DNA from: Spirochaetales bacterium
GTDB taxonomy: Bacteria; Spirochaetota; Spirochaetia; UBA9216
Assembly (NCBI GenBank): GCA_016839055.1
Contig: JAEKNX010000006.1
Coordinates: 242,864-306,863, forward strand
DNA: 64,000 nt
Direction of reading: 5' to 3'
Shown: piece after piece, positions 17,794 through 27,724 of the stretch
Layout: every line of letters begins with the position of its first letter
How positions within the stretch are numbered: the first letter of the stretch is position 1
Notes under the pieces: model-generated
The model's database searches: none
The model's input: the letters and a program-made list of their open reading frames with translations, nothing else
Told to the model about the DNA's origin: nothing
Made by a program: the position numbers and the translations under genes

Positions 17794-19722
17794 CTATTCT
17801 TCTGTTTTCGGACCGGCAGTCTCATCTTCAGCCGCGCCGGCATCGGTACTCTCTTCCGGTTTGGGCGGCAGGGGAGCCGGCTTGTCGGTATATATTAGAA
17901 TCTCTTCGGTGTCGGTTCGGTGTCTTATTTTTACGTACAAAGTCTGGGTGTCCCTGTCATACCACCATCCGCTGAAATACTGCAGGAAGCGGTGATCCGC
18001 GTTCCATTTGTATCCGAGAAGGTTCATCTGGTAGAAGGGTTTTATATTTCTGACCGCGAAAGTATGAATTTGTCCGGCTGGGAACTTGAAGGTCATCTTG
18101 TAGCCGAAGTCTGTTTTTTCGGTATTGAAAGTCTCAGCCTGGTTCAGAACGGTCAGCTTTTCCCCCGTCTCGCTGAAGAAGTAGTCTTTGGCAGGATAAT
18201 ACGGATTATCTGAAAGAAGAGGATAAATATGCTCCGGTGGAATATTGTTTTCGGTAAGAAGGTTTCCGCTCTCTCCCTCCCAGGCGGTCTTTGGGAGAAA
18301 CCCGAGATTATCCGAGATTGACAGGGCTGAATTAATAATTTCCCTGCCGAGTGAGTTGATGTTACTCAAGCCGTCTTTTTCTTTTATACCCTTCATGACA
18401 ATTCCTGTTTTAAGAGAGAGGAGGATGTCCGCGTTTTTCTTATCATCAACTATAAACAGCCGGTCGGAGACTACTTCAATAGACGGAAGAATTATTTTTT
18501 CCACGACATTTAGAAGCGGGGCGAATTTGCTGCCTAATTCGGCGTATGCGTTATTAATTTCCCAGTAAAACCAGAGCATCCCCGATGCCTCTCGGATATT
18601 TATATCGGCTTCTGGGAGTGAATCGGCCATTTTTAGAAGATTTTTGGTTAATACATCTGAATCTTCGGATAGAACAAGGGTGCTGAGATCCTCATCAGTG
18701 AAAACTGAGTAGTCATGGTTAGCTGTTCGTCGCTCAAGGCTCGAGAGTTTCCGTTCAAGATTTCGGTTGTATGCCCACCCTTCGTTCACAATATTTCCAA
18801 AGAGGGATGAACTGAGTATCCCGAGATCATCACTATACTTCTCCGCACTACGATCCAGAGAACTCTTTGCCCTAGGATATTCGGCTTTACCGATCTGTTC
18901 GGAGACGGCGGCAACCAGTGCTTCTTCGTTGAATTCAGGCAGGCCGGTCTTGGATGTCCAGGTTCCGCTTTCTTCTTTAAACCTAATATCCATAAACCCT
19001 GAGATTGTTTTCTCAAGGTAGGAGGCTATGTTGTTCTCGAGTGCCTCAGCCGAGACGAGTTTTGAATTGCCGCTGAACCAGTAGGTGAATGCATCGAGGG
19101 ACGTGTTCACGGATTTCTCGAAGCTGAGATCTGAAAACCCGCCGCCCTCGGGCAGAAGTTGAAGATTTCCTGTTTCAGCATCGAATGAAACACCCTCGGG
19201 CAGGGATAGAAAGTACCTGCTGTCGTCGGAAGTAGTAACCGAGAGCACTGGAACCCCTTCAAGCATCTCTATCACAGAGCCTTTGGCTTCAATGAGGGGA
19301 ATTTCTATAGATTTAATAGAATCCGGATCTCCTGCCGAAAGGCTGATGTTTATAATATTCTCGCTGTTCTGCGGAGCGGAAAAACTGATGCTGATATCTT
19401 TATTCAGCCGGAGGTCAATACTCGTCGCCGTTATCCGGTAATTTATCGGAACGGTATTATGGGTTAATCCGTCACGGGAGTAGACGAGCATCGGATTTCC
19501 CTCGTCGAATGAAAAAGAGATGCCGTTACAGCTCACCTGGAGAGCGGATATGTAATCTCCCCTTCCGGGAGCTCCTGCATGAGTTCTGCCGGATACTTTA
19601 ATTCCGGAAACCTCGGCGGAAAATCCCCGGGAACCGGAAAACTGCACATATAATAAAGAAATAATTACTGCCGCATAAATTACCGGAATAAGAAAATATG
19701 CTTTGTTCACTTTGGTATTCAT
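17794..19722 (-). CDS. Hypothetical membrane-anchored protein (642 aa)
   Basis: Long ORF with one N-terminal TM segment and a Pro/Glu-rich tail; no recognisable motif. Confidence 0.75.
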   Translation of the reverse strand: MNTKVNKAYFLIPVIYAAVIISLLYVQFSGSRGFSAEVSGIKVSGRTHAGAPGRGDYISALQVSCNGISFSFDEGNPMLVYSRDGLTHNTVPINYRITATSIDLRLNKDISISFSAPQNSENIINISLSAGDPDSIKSIEIPLIEAKGSVIEMLEGVPVLSVTTSDDSRYFLSLPEGVSFDAETGNLQLLPEGGGFSDLSFEKSVNTSLDAFTYWFSGNSKLVSAEALENNIASYLEKTISGFMDIRFKEESGTWTSKTGLPEFNEEALVAAVSEQIGKAEYPRAKSSLDRSAEKYSDDLGILSSSLFGNIVNEGWAYNRNLERKLSSLERRTANHDYSVFTDEDLSTLVLSEDSDVLTKNLLKMADSLPEADINIREASGMLWFYWEINNAYAELGSKFAPLLNVVEKIILPSIEVVSDRLFIVDDKKNADILLSLKTGIVMKGIKEKDGLSNINSLGREIINSALSISDNLGFLPKTAWEGESGNLLTENNIPPEHIYPLLSDNPYYPAKDYFFSETGEKLTVLNQAETFNTEKTDFGYKMTFKFPAGQIHTFAVRNIKPFYQMNLLGYKWNADHRFLQYFSGWWYDRDTQTLYVKIRHRTDTEEILIYTDKPAPLPPKPEESTDAGAAEDETAGPKTEE

Positions 19723-19932
19723 AATCGGCTTATCTTATCAAGGCTGATGCAAAGATTCAACAGAAAAATGAATTGTTACTCTTGCATTCTGATAATAGAA
19801 CGCGTATGATTAATCAGACATTTGATTTATTTAATAATCCTGATTATATTCTTATTAAAGCTTTTTTAGCTAATCATTACTATTATAATAAGTAATTGAT
19901 ATTAACATCAGCAAAACACACCAATTAATAGT

Positions 19933-19948
19933 TGGCATGTTTCTTGCT
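19933..19948 (+). promoter_or_regulatory. Sigma-54 (-24/-12) promoter
   Basis: TGGCATGTTTCTTGCT matches TGGCAC/TG-N4-TTGCW with exact spacing, 40 bp upstream of ATG 19989, after a long AT-rich region. Confidence 0.7.
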
Positions 19949-19988
19949 TGTTAATATTACCGACATGAAATTTTTTTAGGAGGCAGCC

Positions 19989-21398
19989 ATGAGAAGGTTA
20001 CTGTTTACTTTATTACTAATAAGTGTAATTACGCTGGGTGCATTCGCTGAGGTTACTATCAACCTGCAGCCGACTGCCATTCCGGTTAATCCAAACCTTG
20101 CGGGGCAGGGCGGATCGTTTACCGCTAACGCAAAAGGTTATAACTCATTGTTCAAGAATCCAGCGGGATTCGCAATGGACGGAGGATCTTTCACTCTCCT
20201 CAGCATTAATTCCTGGGTTTTTGCCGATCAGTCACTGATCGATTTTGCTACAAACCCCGAGGGGGTCGAAGGCTACTATCAGGATATCGGTACTCAGCTA
20301 GCCGAGGTTGACCAGGCGGATATTGAGGCCTGGGTGGATACTACTTCTGAAGCCGAGATGCTTGAAATGCTTGAGACCGCGGGCTTCGATCCTGCAGCAT
20401 TTGAGACGAATCCTCAGGGCTATATAGAGAGTCTGGGACTAGAGAGCATTGCCTCGGACCCGCAGACAGCGCTCAGCGACGGAACAATCTCAGTTGAAAT
20501 GATTAATCTTGCGACAGCTGTAATAGAAGATATAGCCGGCGTCGAACTGCTTCCTTCTGGAAACCTGAGAATAGGAACCAACATAGGCCTTCTTGGAGGC
20601 GTAGGCGGAGGATTCGGTTTTGGAATAAACCTGAATGCTGATGCATACCTGAAGGGACCGACAATTATCAGCGCAGAAGGCTACGCGGCACTGACGGCGA
20701 CGGTCACGGCAGGCTATGCTCTTGAGCTCCTTCCTGACTTCCTTTATATCGGTGCCGACCTGAGGCCGCTGTACCGTGTATATCTTCCTGTTTCGGGAGA
20801 ACAGGCTCTTTCTCTTATGACGGATTTCTCCGACATAACTGCGACGATGAATGCATACAGCGCTTATGCAGGCTGGGGGCTGGGAATTGATGCCGGTGCC
20901 ATTATAAAGCTTGGCGATCTGAAACTTGGTCTGACGGTGACTGATATTCTTGACACAAAGATGAATTACACCGCCATGTCGGTGGGAGAGCTTCTCGCGA
21001 GTGCCGCAGCCATGAGTATTCCGGCAGGTACAGAGATAGCGAATGAGATGTTCGTTATTCCGATGGACGTGCTTCTGGGAGCGGCTTATACCCTCAATTT
21101 CGCAGATGATATCTATCTTGATATTCATGCTGAGGTCTCTAATGTCGTCAGAGGATTCAGAGCCCTGCAGGATGGAGACGACTATGATTACTTGTCGCTT
21201 CTTCATGCAGGAGCGGAATTCTCACTCTGGAATTTCATCGGACTCCGGGGCGGATACAATGAAGGATATCTAAGCGCAGGGGCCTCAATTAAGCTATTTT
21301 TTATCGAGGTTGCTGCTTCCGGATTCATGAAGGCTAACACAGCGTCTGTTGGTTATTCTGATTTTGGTGCAAGTGTCGAAGCTGCAATCCGCTTTTAA
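19989..21398 (+). CDS. Outer-membrane beta-barrel protein, FadL/TraF-like
   Basis: Signal peptide (..GAFA); N-terminal hatch motif SLFKNPAG; alternating beta strands (GLGIDAGAIIK, LHAGAEF, GLRGGYN); C-terminal Phe; AGGAGG RBS. Confidence 0.72.
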   Translation: MRRLLFTLLLISVITLGAFAEVTINLQPTAIPVNPNLAGQGGSFTANAKGYNSLFKNPAGFAMDGGSFTLLSINSWVFADQSLIDFATNPEGVEGYYQDIGTQLAEVDQADIEAWVDTTSEAEMLEMLETAGFDPAAFETNPQGYIESLGLESIASDPQTALSDGTISVEMINLATAVIEDIAGVELLPSGNLRIGTNIGLLGGVGGGFGFGINLNADAYLKGPTIISAEGYAALTATVTAGYALELLPDFLYIGADLRPLYRVYLPVSGEQALSLMTDFSDITATMNAYSAYAGWGLGIDAGAIIKLGDLKLGLTVTDILDTKMNYTAMSVGELLASAAAMSIPAGTEIANEMFVIPMDVLLGAAYTLNFADDIYLDIHAEVSNVVRGFRALQDGDDYDYLSLLHAGAEFSLWNFIGLRGGYNEGYLSAGASIKLFFIEVAASGFMKANTASVGYSDFGASVEAAIRF

Positions 21399-21418
21399 TA
21401 AAATCCATTAATTAAACA

Positions 21419-21453
21419 GAAGCGTCTTTTCAGTTGAAAAGGCGCTTTTTTTT
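21419..21453 (+). terminator. Rho-independent terminator
   Basis: aagcgtcttttca-gt-tgaaaaggcgctt followed by a T run. Confidence 0.8.
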
Positions 21454-21471
21454 GAGTATCATCCCTTTACC

Positions 21472-23544
21472 ATGGAAATACCTGTAAGCTGTAATAAAGA
21501 CTGCGGAGGCGGATGCCCCCTAAGTGCCATTGTCGAAGACGGCAGAATAGTACGAATTACCGACAGCCGTCACAGGGGGCCCTGGATGAGCGGTTGTCTC
21601 AGGGGCTACCGGGCGCACAGGCTCACATATCATCCCGACAGGATAAAGACTCCGCTTTTAAAAGACCGCAGGACGGGAAGCTTCCGGAAAGTAAGCTGGG
21701 ATGATGCACTGGATCACACGGCCGAGAGGCTGTCGGCTTTAAGGGAAGAATCGGGTCCGCTGACGGTGATGAGACTCGGCGGAAGCGGTTCCTGCCGGGG
21801 GGCTCTTCATAATACGTCGAAGCTCGCTATGCGGTTTCTAAATCTCTACGGGGGTTATACGGAGACAACAGGTTCCTACAGTTCGGCCGCCGTCAGCTTT
21901 GTTACCCCCTTCGTCTACGGTACCTCGAACGCGGCAATTGATGCCGGGTCACTGGAGAATTCGAAATTTATATTTTTACCAGGCGCGAACATTGCTGACC
22001 TGCGCTTCGGGTCCGAGCTCGGAAACAGGCTTGTTGATGCTCGGAAGCGCGGCGTTGAGATGATAGTCGCCGATCCGAGGAGAACACGTACGGTCGACCT
22101 GCTCGGCGCAAGATGGATGAAGATTCGTCCCGGCACCGATGGTGCTTTTATTGCCGCCCTTATCTTTGATCTATGTGAGAACGGCGGAATTGATGAGACC
22201 TATATAGCAAAATACTGCCACGGCTTTGACATGTTCAGAAATTGGCTTTTTTGCGCCCCCGCCAAGACTCCTGAATGGGCGTCCGGCATCTGCGGAACCC
22301 CGGCTGGAGATATTCGTTATCTTGCCGGCTGCTACAGGCGGTATAAACCGTCTGCCCTCATCCCTGGTTTGTCAATACAGCGGAACCTGGGCGGTGAGGA
22401 TTCGGCCAGGATGGCAATGGTTCTTCAGGCGGTTACCGGAAATACCGGAATTGCCGGCGGGTCGAGCGGGGCCAATATCTGGGGGACAATGCCAAATCCT
22501 GCCTGCGGGAAGATAGATCCGAACCCCGGCAGCGCGGAGGGCAGGGTGAAACGCTATTTTCCGGTCTACAGCTGGGCAGATGAAGTGCTGAACCCGCTAA
22601 ATAATCCGCCTGTAAGGGCCCTTTATAACTGCGGCGGCAACTATATTACGCAGGGTGCCGATACGGCGAAGGCGAAAGCTGCCTTCGCGGCAGCGGATTT
22701 TTCTGTAACTCATGATTTTTTCATGACTCCGACCGCGGCCGCTTCGGATGTTGTCTTCCCCGTCGCCGATTTTCTTGAGCGCAGCGATATCGTCTTCCCT
22801 GAGGGGAATTTTCTCCTGTATTCCGCGCAGGCGGTAGAGGCCTCTCCTGGTGTAAAGACCGATTATGAGATATTCAGCCTTCTGTCTGAACGGCTTGGCT
22901 TCGGCGCTGCCTTTACCGAAGGCCGCAGCGAAGAGCAGTGGCTGTCGTATTTTCTGGATAATTCCGATGTCTGGGACAGGGCGGCATTTAAAGAAAGCGG
23001 AATCTTCTTCGGCGATGACAACCGGAGGGTGGCCCTTTCTGAGTTTATTTCTGATCCGGAGGCGTGCCGGCTTGGCACTCCCTCGGGGAAAATTGAAATC
23101 AGTTCTGAAGCATACGCGTTAACGGGCGCGTCGCCCTTTCCGGTGTACACCGATTACCGAATCAAGGACAAGATTCAGCTTATTACGCCTCATTCCAGGA
23201 TGAGAATTAACTCGCAATTTTCGAATTTGTCTGATGAGCGCAATAATCTTTTGATGAATACCGCCGATGCTGCACAGCGCGGGATAGAAGACGGACAGAC
23301 CGTGATTATCCGGGGCGGCAGCGGCAGAATAGAAACCGGGGTCAGGCTGATAGATGATATAATGAGCGGCACAGCCTGTCTCGAAGCAGGCAAGTGGGCG
23401 GACTTTGATGATGGAAGCGGAGCGGATACCAGGGGTTCGGCAAATGTTGTTACTTCCTCCGTTCCGACTATGCCGTCCGGCGGAGCCCGGACCAATTCAA
23501 CCTGGGTTGAAATATTAGCCCTGCGGCCGGAGGATGATGAATGA
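21472..23544 (+). CDS. Cytoplasmic molybdopterin oxidoreductase of the DMSO reductase (DmsA/BisC-like) family
   Basis: CNKDCGGGC...C FeS motif; GSYSSAA (Ser-ligand region); DPRRT; IRPGTD; TPSGKIEI; no Tat signal. Confidence 0.85.
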   Translation: MEIPVSCNKDCGGGCPLSAIVEDGRIVRITDSRHRGPWMSGCLRGYRAHRLTYHPDRIKTPLLKDRRTGSFRKVSWDDALDHTAERLSALREESGPLTVMRLGGSGSCRGALHNTSKLAMRFLNLYGGYTETTGSYSSAAVSFVTPFVYGTSNAAIDAGSLENSKFIFLPGANIADLRFGSELGNRLVDARKRGVEMIVADPRRTRTVDLLGARWMKIRPGTDGAFIAALIFDLCENGGIDETYIAKYCHGFDMFRNWLFCAPAKTPEWASGICGTPAGDIRYLAGCYRRYKPSALIPGLSIQRNLGGEDSARMAMVLQAVTGNTGIAGGSSGANIWGTMPNPACGKIDPNPGSAEGRVKRYFPVYSWADEVLNPLNNPPVRALYNCGGNYITQGADTAKAKAAFAAADFSVTHDFFMTPTAAASDVVFPVADFLERSDIVFPEGNFLLYSAQAVEASPGVKTDYEIFSLLSERLGFGAAFTEGRSEEQWLSYFLDNSDVWDRAAFKESGIFFGDDNRRVALSEFISDPEACRLGTPSGKIEISSEAYALTGASPFPVYTDYRIKDKIQLITPHSRMRINSQFSNLSDERNNLLMNTADAAQRGIEDGQTVIIRGGSGRIETGVRLIDDIMSGTACLEAGKWADFDDGSGADTRGSANVVTSSVPTMPSGGARTNSTWVEILALRPEDDE

Positions 23545-24707
23545 GTATGAGTATCGAGAAATTGAAGAAGGCCGCGCTGGACGCAATTGAGCGCGAGAGG
23601 GATGATATCTTCAGACTGAGCCGCCAGATAAACCGGAACCCCGAACTCTCCTACATGGAAAGGCTTGCGTCATCCGAGCTTGTCTCATTTTTTGAGAAGA
23701 GGGGGTTCGAGACAGAAAGTCCGTACGGGGGCCTGGATACGGCATTTTTAGCCGAATACAACTGCCGGAATCGGCAGAGCGTTCCGGCTTTTATTGCCGA
23801 ATATGACGCGCTGGCTTCTATAGGCCACGGCTGCGGACATAATCTGATAGCCGCGGCGGCAGCGGCAGCGGCAGTTGGAACGGCCGAGGCCGTAAGATCC
23901 GCCAAGGCTGACGGAGGATACGGCGATGTTTCCGGTTTCAGGGTTATAGGCACTCCGGGCGAAGAAGTAGTTGACAGTATCTCCGGCAAAACCCGAATGC
24001 TCGAAGAAGGGGCGTTTATCGGGATAAGTCATGCTTTGATGTTCCATCCATGGACGAGCACCGGTGTCGCGAAGAAGGATCTCGGGTATTCAGCCTACAG
24101 GATAACCTTCCGCGGACGTCCGGCCCATGCCGCGGCTGATCCCTGGAACGGCAGAAATGCTCTGGACGCGGCTGTCCTCTTCTATAACGCGGTCAGCATG
24201 CTGCGTCAACAGCTGTCTCCGGGAATGAGGATGCACTGCATTCTGCCTGAAGCCGGAGCCGCTCTTAACATTATTCCGGAATACTGCACGGCCGAGGTGA
24301 TGATCCGTTCTACCGAACTTGACTATTTGAAAAAAACCGAGAGGAATCTCAATGACTGTGCCGGGGGAGCTGCCTCTGCTGCCCTTTGCTCCTATGAGAT
24401 GGAGTTGCTGTCTTCGGTTAAACCAATTCTATTCAGCCGTGATTTATTTATATCGTTAATGGGGAATATGAAGGCCCAAGATGAAGAACTTGAGGAAATG
24501 CCCCTATGGGAAGCCTCTTCCGATTTCGGTGATGTCAGCCGCGAAATTCCTTCAATATGCCTCCTGTATAAGACTCATGATGCTTCGACCTGCTGGCATT
24601 CAAGGGAGGCCGCAAGAGAAGCTGATACCGAAAAAGCGAATGAGGCTATGCTTCGAGCCGCCGGTTTTCTTGCGCTTACCGCGATCGATTTAATGTTTAC
24701 GAAATAA
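23541..24707 (+). CDS. M20 family amidohydrolase (AbgB/ACY1L2-like)
   Basis: PELSYME, AEYDAL, GHGCGHNLI, GTPGEE, AHAAADPWNGRNALDA, SSDFGDVS; ATGA overlap with the upstream gene. Confidence 0.88.
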   Translation: MSMSIEKLKKAALDAIERERDDIFRLSRQINRNPELSYMERLASSELVSFFEKRGFETESPYGGLDTAFLAEYNCRNRQSVPAFIAEYDALASIGHGCGHNLIAAAAAAAAVGTAEAVRSAKADGGYGDVSGFRVIGTPGEEVVDSISGKTRMLEEGAFIGISHALMFHPWTSTGVAKKDLGYSAYRITFRGRPAHAAADPWNGRNALDAAVLFYNAVSMLRQQLSPGMRMHCILPEAGAALNIIPEYCTAEVMIRSTELDYLKKTERNLNDCAGGAASAALCSYEMELLSSVKPILFSRDLFISLMGNMKAQDEELEEMPLWEASSDFGDVSREIPSICLLYKTHDASTCWHSREAAREADTEKANEAMLRAAGFLALTAIDLMFTK

Positions 24708-24723
24708 TTTTTATATCGATAAC

Positions 24724-24770
24724 TTGACACTGAATAAATAAAACGCTATTTTTAGATAGAAAAATATCTA
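24724..24770 (+). promoter_or_regulatory. Sigma-70 promoter with a downstream palindrome
   Basis: TTGACA (24724)-N17-TATTTT, then TAGATA-N6-TATCTA (24753-24770). Confidence 0.5.
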
Positions 24771-24785
24771 TATAGGCGAGGTTCC

Positions 24786-27296
24786 ATGAAAGTAATAATA
24801 GTAGGCGGAGTGGCCGGAGGAGCGAGTGCCGCGGCAAGGCTCCGGCGTCTCGATGAAAATGCCGAAATAATAATGTTCGAAAAAGGTCCATATATTTCTT
24901 TTGCAAATTGCGGCCTTCCGTATTATATCAGTGAAACAATTTCTGATCGGGAAAATCTCCTGCTTCAGACTCCTGAGAAATTTAATGCCAGGTTCAATGT
25001 TGACGTTCGAGTCTTCAGTGAAGTCACTGTTGTCAACCGAAGCGAGAAGACGGTCGATATCCGTCAGACTTCGCCGGATGGTGAAGTTCTTCGGGAGTAC
25101 AGTGAGAGCTATGACAAGCTAATTCTCTCTCCGGGGTCAAAACCCCTCACTCCCCCGATACCGGGAATAGAGCGTGAGAATATTTTTACCCTCTGGACTG
25201 TTCCCGATGTTGATAAAATTAAGGGTTTTCTCGATGAAAATGAATCCTGCCATGCCGTTGTCGTAGGCGGGGGCTTTATAGGGCTTGAGGTAGCTGAAAA
25301 TCTCGCTGAGAGAAATATTCATGTGGATCTTGTAGAAGCGGCAGATCAGGTTATGATGCCGCTTGATTTCGAAATGGCGCAGATTGCCCACCGGCATCTG
25401 AATGAAGAGGGAGTTGATGTTCATCTCGGCTGTGCTGTCAAGGCTTTTGAAGCCGCTGAGAATCCGGCTAAGACAGTTGTCGTACTTGCTGACGGAACCA
25501 GGATTGAGGCTGATGTGGTCATGCTGGCAATCGGAGTACGGCCGCAGACTGAACTTGCGGGAGCTGCCGGGCTTGAACTTAATAAGCGCGGCGGAATCAT
25601 CGTTGATGAGCATCTGAGGACCTCCGATCCGGACATTTATGCCGTGGGTGACGCAATTGAAGTTAAAAACTTCGTTACAGGCGAGCTGACCATGATTCCA
25701 CTAGCGGGTCCTGCGAACAAACAGGGGCGTATGGTAGCGGCCAATGTTCTCGGAGGTTCGAAGTCCTATAAGGGTACCCAAGGAACCAGTATAGTCAAGG
25801 TTTTTAATATAACCGTTGCCGCGACAGGTCTCAATGAGAAGAGCCTCATCGCGGCCGGCAAGGAATACGGAAAAGATTACCTGTATACCATGACTCACTC
25901 AAAATCTCATGCAAGTTATTATCCCGGCGCCTTTCCGATGGACATAAAGATGATCTTCGAACCTTCCACCAAAAAGATCCTCGGAGCCCAGATAGTCGGA
26001 TGGGAGGGTGTTGATAAGAGGATTGATGTTCTTGCTACTGTTATTAGAATGGGCGGAACCGTTGATGTCCTGACCGATCTCGAACTTGCATACGCACCTC
26101 CGTACTCCTCCGCGAAAGACCCTGTTAATATGGCAGGCTTTGTAGCAGAGAATATGCTTGAAGGGATTGTTGATAATATCAACTGGAACCAGCTTGACAT
26201 GATTCCGGATGCAGTCCTGCTCGACGTAAGGAACAAGGAAGAGGTGGAGCTTGGCTCAATCGCTGGTTCGGTACTCATCCCTGTTGATGAACTTCGGGGA
26301 AGACTCAGGGGACTTGATAAAGAGAAAACTTATATCATCTACTGTGCGACAGGGATTAGAGCCTATATTGCTGCCAGGATTATGGTTCAGAGTGGTTTTA
26401 AGAATGTTAAAAACCTAGCCGGGGGTTTTGCCACCTGGCAGCCTGCCAACTGGAATAAGGCTGATGCATGCGGGCCGGTGAACGCGGGACTGAAAACAAT
26501 TGATCTTAAGGAGGTAGCGGCGAAGATGGCTGATATACATAAAGGAAACGTACTGGTGCTGGACGCCTGCGGGCTCTCATGTCCCGGGCCTATAAAGAAG
26601 GTTTACGAGAAGATAGCCGAGATAAAAGATGGCGACGTGCTTGAAGTTCATGTAACTGACCCCGGATTCAAATCTGACATCGCGGCCTGGTGCAAACGCA
26701 CCGGAAATACTCTTCTTAATGTAGAGAAGAAAGAAAAAGCGATTGTTGCAAGAATCAGGAAGGGTGATCTTGAAAGCTCCCTTCATGAGCTCGGAGGCCG
26801 CCATCAGGCTGTAGTTAAAGAAATGTTAAACGATAAGACAATGGTATGCTTCAGCGGAGATCTGGACAAGGCTATTGCGTCCTTCATCATAGCAAACGGC
26901 GCCCTTGCAATGGGCCGTAAGGTAACCATGTTTTTCACCTTTTGGGGACTGAATATCATCAGGCGTCATGAGAAGGTTAAGGTAGAGAAAGATTTTATCA
27001 GCACAATGTTCGGCGGAATGATGCCGCGGGGTGCCCGGAACCTGAAACTGTCCAATATGAATATGGGTGGTATGGGAGCCGGCATGATTAAGGGCCTTAT
27101 GAAGAAGAACAACGTGCCGCTTCTTGAAGAGCTTATCGAGCAGGCTGTCGAAGGCGGAGCTAAGATAATTGCCTGCAACATGAGTATGGATCTAATGGGT
27201 ATCAAGGCGGAAGAGCTTATCGATGGAATAGAGCTCGGCGGCGTCGCCGCTTACCTCGATGCCGCCGAAGACGCGAATGTTAACCTGTTTATTTAA
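24786..27296 (+). CDS. CoA-disulfide/persulfide reductase fused to rhodanese, TusA/SirA and DsrE-like domains
   Basis: GGVAGG, SFANCGLPY, YAPPYSSAKDPVN; rhodanese LDVR...YCATGIR; TusA CGLSCPGP; DsrE FFTFWGL...ACNMSMD. Confidence 0.9.
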   Translation: MKVIIVGGVAGGASAAARLRRLDENAEIIMFEKGPYISFANCGLPYYISETISDRENLLLQTPEKFNARFNVDVRVFSEVTVVNRSEKTVDIRQTSPDGEVLREYSESYDKLILSPGSKPLTPPIPGIERENIFTLWTVPDVDKIKGFLDENESCHAVVVGGGFIGLEVAENLAERNIHVDLVEAADQVMMPLDFEMAQIAHRHLNEEGVDVHLGCAVKAFEAAENPAKTVVVLADGTRIEADVVMLAIGVRPQTELAGAAGLELNKRGGIIVDEHLRTSDPDIYAVGDAIEVKNFVTGELTMIPLAGPANKQGRMVAANVLGGSKSYKGTQGTSIVKVFNITVAATGLNEKSLIAAGKEYGKDYLYTMTHSKSHASYYPGAFPMDIKMIFEPSTKKILGAQIVGWEGVDKRIDVLATVIRMGGTVDVLTDLELAYAPPYSSAKDPVNMAGFVAENMLEGIVDNINWNQLDMIPDAVLLDVRNKEEVELGSIAGSVLIPVDELRGRLRGLDKEKTYIIYCATGIRAYIAARIMVQSGFKNVKNLAGGFATWQPANWNKADACGPVNAGLKTIDLKEVAAKMADIHKGNVLVLDACGLSCPGPIKKVYEKIAEIKDGDVLEVHVTDPGFKSDIAAWCKRTGNTLLNVEKKEKAIVARIRKGDLESSLHELGGRHQAVVKEMLNDKTMVCFSGDLDKAIASFIIANGALAMGRKVTMFFTFWGLNIIRRHEKVKVEKDFISTMFGGMMPRGARNLKLSNMNMGGMGAGMIKGLMKKNNVPLLEELIEQAVEGGAKIIACNMSMDLMGIKAEELIDGIELGGVAAYLDAAEDANVNLFI

Positions 27297-27715
27297 TCAG
27301 ACAGGATTGTAATAACTATCCTGCGGGCGCCGCCATCTCTGCGGTGTTCGCAGAGATATATTCCCTGCCATGTTCCGAGATTAAATCGGCCGGATGTTAC
27401 AGGAACTGTGAGACTCTGTCCGAGGATAGAGCTCTTCGCGTGAGCCGGCATATCATCCGAACCCTCCAAAGTATGCACATAATAAGGTTCATTTTCCGGA
27501 ACAAGATGGCTGAATATTGATTCCATATCGGTTCTGACATCCGGGTCGGCGTTTTCATTCATCGTGAGTGATGCAGATGTATGTTTAAGATGAATGAATG
27601 CCAGGCCCGACTCTGTCTCCGCTATTTCGGGGATGCCGGAGATGAGCTCGGAGGTTATCAGATGGAAGCCCCGAGCTCTGGGTTTTAGTCTTAGTTCTTT
27701 CTGAATTATTTTCAT
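27293..27715 (-). CDS. yjbQ: YjbQ/UPF0047 family protein
   Basis: HTSASLTMNENADPDV, DDMPAH, LGTWQGIYLCEH. Confidence 0.92.
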   Translation of the reverse strand: MKIIQKELRLKPRARGFHLITSELISGIPEIAETESGLAFIHLKHTSASLTMNENADPDVRTDMESIFSHLVPENEPYYVHTLEGSDDMPAHAKSSILGQSLTVPVTSGRFNLGTWQGIYLCEHRRDGGARRIVITILSD

Positions 27716-27724
27716 TCGTCTATT

